DNA of 64,000 bases from Squalus acanthias. Lineage: Eukaryota. The position numbers were made by a program, and so were the translations under genes. The notes beneath the pieces are model-generated. The model saw only the letters and a program-made list of their open reading frames with translations, searched no databases and was not told the origin of the DNA. The stretch's first letter is position 1, and the number at the start of each line of letters is the position of its first letter. This document shows positions 61,490-64,000 of the stretch, piece after piece. The DNA lies in NCBI GenBank assembly GCA_030390025.1, contig JASTWF010000034.1, positions 3,720,001 through 3,784,000 on the forward strand, in the 5' to 3' direction.

Positions 61490-62770
61490 GAAGGAACTTT
61501 ACTCTGCAGCTAATTCGTGCTGTACCTGCCCTGGGAGTGTTTGATGGGGCAGTGTAGAGGGAGCTTTACTCTGTAGCTAATCCGTGCTATACCTGCCCTG
61601 GGAGTGTTTGATAGGACAGTGTATAGGGAGCTTTACTCTGTATCTAACCCGTGCTGTACCTGCCCTGGGACTGTTTGGTGGGGCAGTGTAGAGGGAGCTT
61701 TACTTTGTATCTAACCCACTGTACCTGCCATGGGAGTGTTTGATGGGGCAGTGTAGAGGGAGCTTTACTTTGTATCTAACCCACTGTACCTGCCCTGGGA
61801 GTGTTTGGTGGGGCAGTGTAGAGGGAGCTTTACTTTGTCTCGAACCCGTGCTGTACCTGCCCTGGGAGTGTTTGGTGGGGCAGTGTAGAGGGAGCTTTAC
61901 TCTGTATCTAACCCGTGCTGTACCTGCCCTGGGACTGTTTGGTGGGCAGTGTAGCGGGAGATTTACTCTGTATCTAACCCGTGCTGTACCTGCCCTGGGA
62001 ATGTTTGGTGGGCAGTGCAGAGGGAGCTTTACTCTGTATCTAACCCGTGCTGTACTTGCCCTGGGACTGTTTGGTGGGCAGTGCAGAGGGAGCTTTACTC
62101 TATATCTAACCCGCGCTGTAACTGCCCTGCGAGTGTTTGATGGGGCAGTGTAGAGGGAGCATTACTCTGTATCTAACCTAATGTACCTTCCCTGGGAGTG
62201 TTTGATGGACAGTGTAGAGGAAGCTTTACTCGGCATCTAACCCGTATTACACGTGTCCTGGGATTGAGTTGATGGGATAGTGTAGAGGGAATTTTACTCT
62301 GTATCTAACCCGTGCTGTACCTGCCCTGGGAGTGTTTGATGGGACAGTCTAGAGGGAGCTTTACTCTGTTTCTAACCCGCGATGTGCCTGCCCTGGGAGT
62401 GTTTGATGGGACATTGTAGATGGAGCTTTACTCTGTATCTAACACATGCTGTACCTGCCCTGGGAGTGTTTGATGGGACATTGTAGAGGGAGCTTTACTC
62501 TGTTTCTAACCCGTGCTGTACCTGCCCTGGGAGTGTTTGATGGGACATTGTAGATGGAGCTTTACTCTGTATCTAACACATGCTGTACCTGCCCTGGGAG
62601 TGTTTGATGGGACATTGTAGAGGGAGCTTTACTCTGTTTCTAAACTCTGTAGCTAACCCACTGTTCCTGGGCTTGGACTGTTTGGTGGGGCAGCGTAGAG
62701 GGAGCTTTACTCTGTATCTAACCCACTTTACCTGCCCTGGAGGTATTTGATGAGAGCTTTACTCTGTAAC
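61490..62770 (+). repeat. 67-bp satellite array
   Basis: Tandem units; longer than its left-arm partner at 14,283-14,530. Confidence 0.92.
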
Positions 62771-62779
62771 AGGGGATTA

Positions 62780-63812
62780 CATGGGGTACACAGCACAGAA
62801 CCAGGCCATTCGACCCAACGAGTCCATGCCAGCGTTTATGCTCCACTCGAGCCTCCTCCCGTCTGACCTCATCTAATTCTATCAGCGTAACCCTCTATTC
62901 CCTTCTCCCACATATGCTTATCTAACTGCCCCTTAAATGCATCAATACTATTCGCTTCAACCACTCCCTGTGGTAGCGAGTTCCACATTCTCACCACTCT
63001 CTGGGTAAAGAGGTTTCTTCTGAATTCCCTATTTGATTTCTTGGTGATTACATTATATTGATGGCCTCTAATTTTGCTATTCCCCACAAGTGGAGACATT
63101 CTCTCTGTATCCACTCCATCAAAACCTTTCCTCATTTTAAAGAGCTTTATCAGGTCACCCCTCAGCCTTCAAGAGAAAGGAGACCCAACGTTTTCATCCG
63201 TTCCTGATATGTATTTTGTTTTATTCGTTTAAGGGATCTGGGCGCCGCTGGCAAGGCCAGCATTTATTGCCCATTCCGAGTTGCCCTTGAGAAGGTGGTG
63301 GTGAGCCGCCTTCTTGAACCGCTGCAGTCCGTGTGGTGATGGTGCTCCCACAGTGCTGTTAGGGAGGGAGTTCCAGGATTTTAACCCAGCGACGATGAAG
63401 GATCGGCAATATACTTCTAAGTCACCCTAGCTTTTCTGGTATTATCCATGTAAATCTTCTCTGCACCCTCTCCAGTGCCTCTATCCTTTTTAGAATACAG
63501 CGACCAGAACTGTACACAGTTTTCCAAGTGTGGTCTCACCAAGGTTCGATACAAGTTTAGCATAAATTCACTACTTTTCAATTCTACCTTTCCAGATATA
63601 AACCCGAGTGATTGGTTTGCTTTTTATGGCCTTATTAACCTGTGTCGCTACTTTCAGTGATTTGTGTATTTGTACTCCGAGATTCCTTTGCTCCTCTATC
63701 CCATTTAGATTCTTATTTTCCAAGTAATATGTGACCTCTCTACATTTCTTACCAAAATGTAACTCCTCAGATTCATCTGTGTTAAATTTCATTTGCCAAT
63801 TATATGCCCATT
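62780..63812 (-). mobile_element. Old CR1 3' fragment containing a LINE 3'-UTR stub (~63,213-63,425)
   Basis: FRRNLFTQRVVRMWNSLPQ and MKFNTD..LHFG motifs. The stub matches 1,600-1,800. Confidence 0.8.
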
Positions 63813-64000
63813 AAAGAGCTATTAGAAATAGATAATAAATAATATCAATCAGTAATGCAAATCTATGACTATAACTATAATATTTACGCCTCCTGTGCCT
63901 CTCTCACTCAATCCCTCTCCCTCAGAATTATAAAATGTCTCTTTGACGATAACAGGCCATTCGGCCCAACCAGTCCATGCCATATTCCAGGTCTCCAAGA

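Larger units (their letters stand above)
38675..62700. repeat. Right arm of the large inverted duplication
   Basis: Mirror order of all left-arm features, plus arm-specific insertions at 42,234-42,994 and 55,717-60,148. The outer end falls in satellite and is approximate. Confidence 0.95.

Noticed and set aside
14283..62700. Palindrome as a fold-back read artefact
   Set aside because: Arms differ by many substitutions, array lengths and two arm-specific TE insertions, and there is no gap in the spacer. False haplotype duplication is less likely but still needs a read check.

Overview
Repeat-saturated vertebrate DNA with no intact host gene. The repeat families look like those of a cartilaginous fish (inference): CR1, L2 and other APE-RT LINEs, two Penelope-like families with hammerhead motifs, Harbinger-like remnants, and a 67-bp satellite. 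The dominant structure is a ~48-kb inverted duplication. The left arm is ~14,283-35,797, the unique spacer is 35,798-38,674 and the right arm is 38,675-~62,700. Each arm carries, in mirror order: two copies of an unidentified spliced two-exon cassette (four copies in all, all pointing away from the centre), decayed CR1/L2 pieces, 67/75-bp, 30-bp and 24-bp tandem arrays, a C2H2 zinc-finger pseudogene, and a Myb/SANT-bearing Harbinger-like remnant. The arms have diverged unevenly. The right arm alone gained an intact 4.4-kb CR1 (ORF1 esterase, ORF2 APE-RT, 5-bp TSD) and lost the ZNF CpG-island promoter to a Penelope fragment. The first 14 kb is a 30-bp minisatellite field broken up by retroelements and contains a 200-N gap. 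Boundaries of decayed repeats are approximate and were read by eye.
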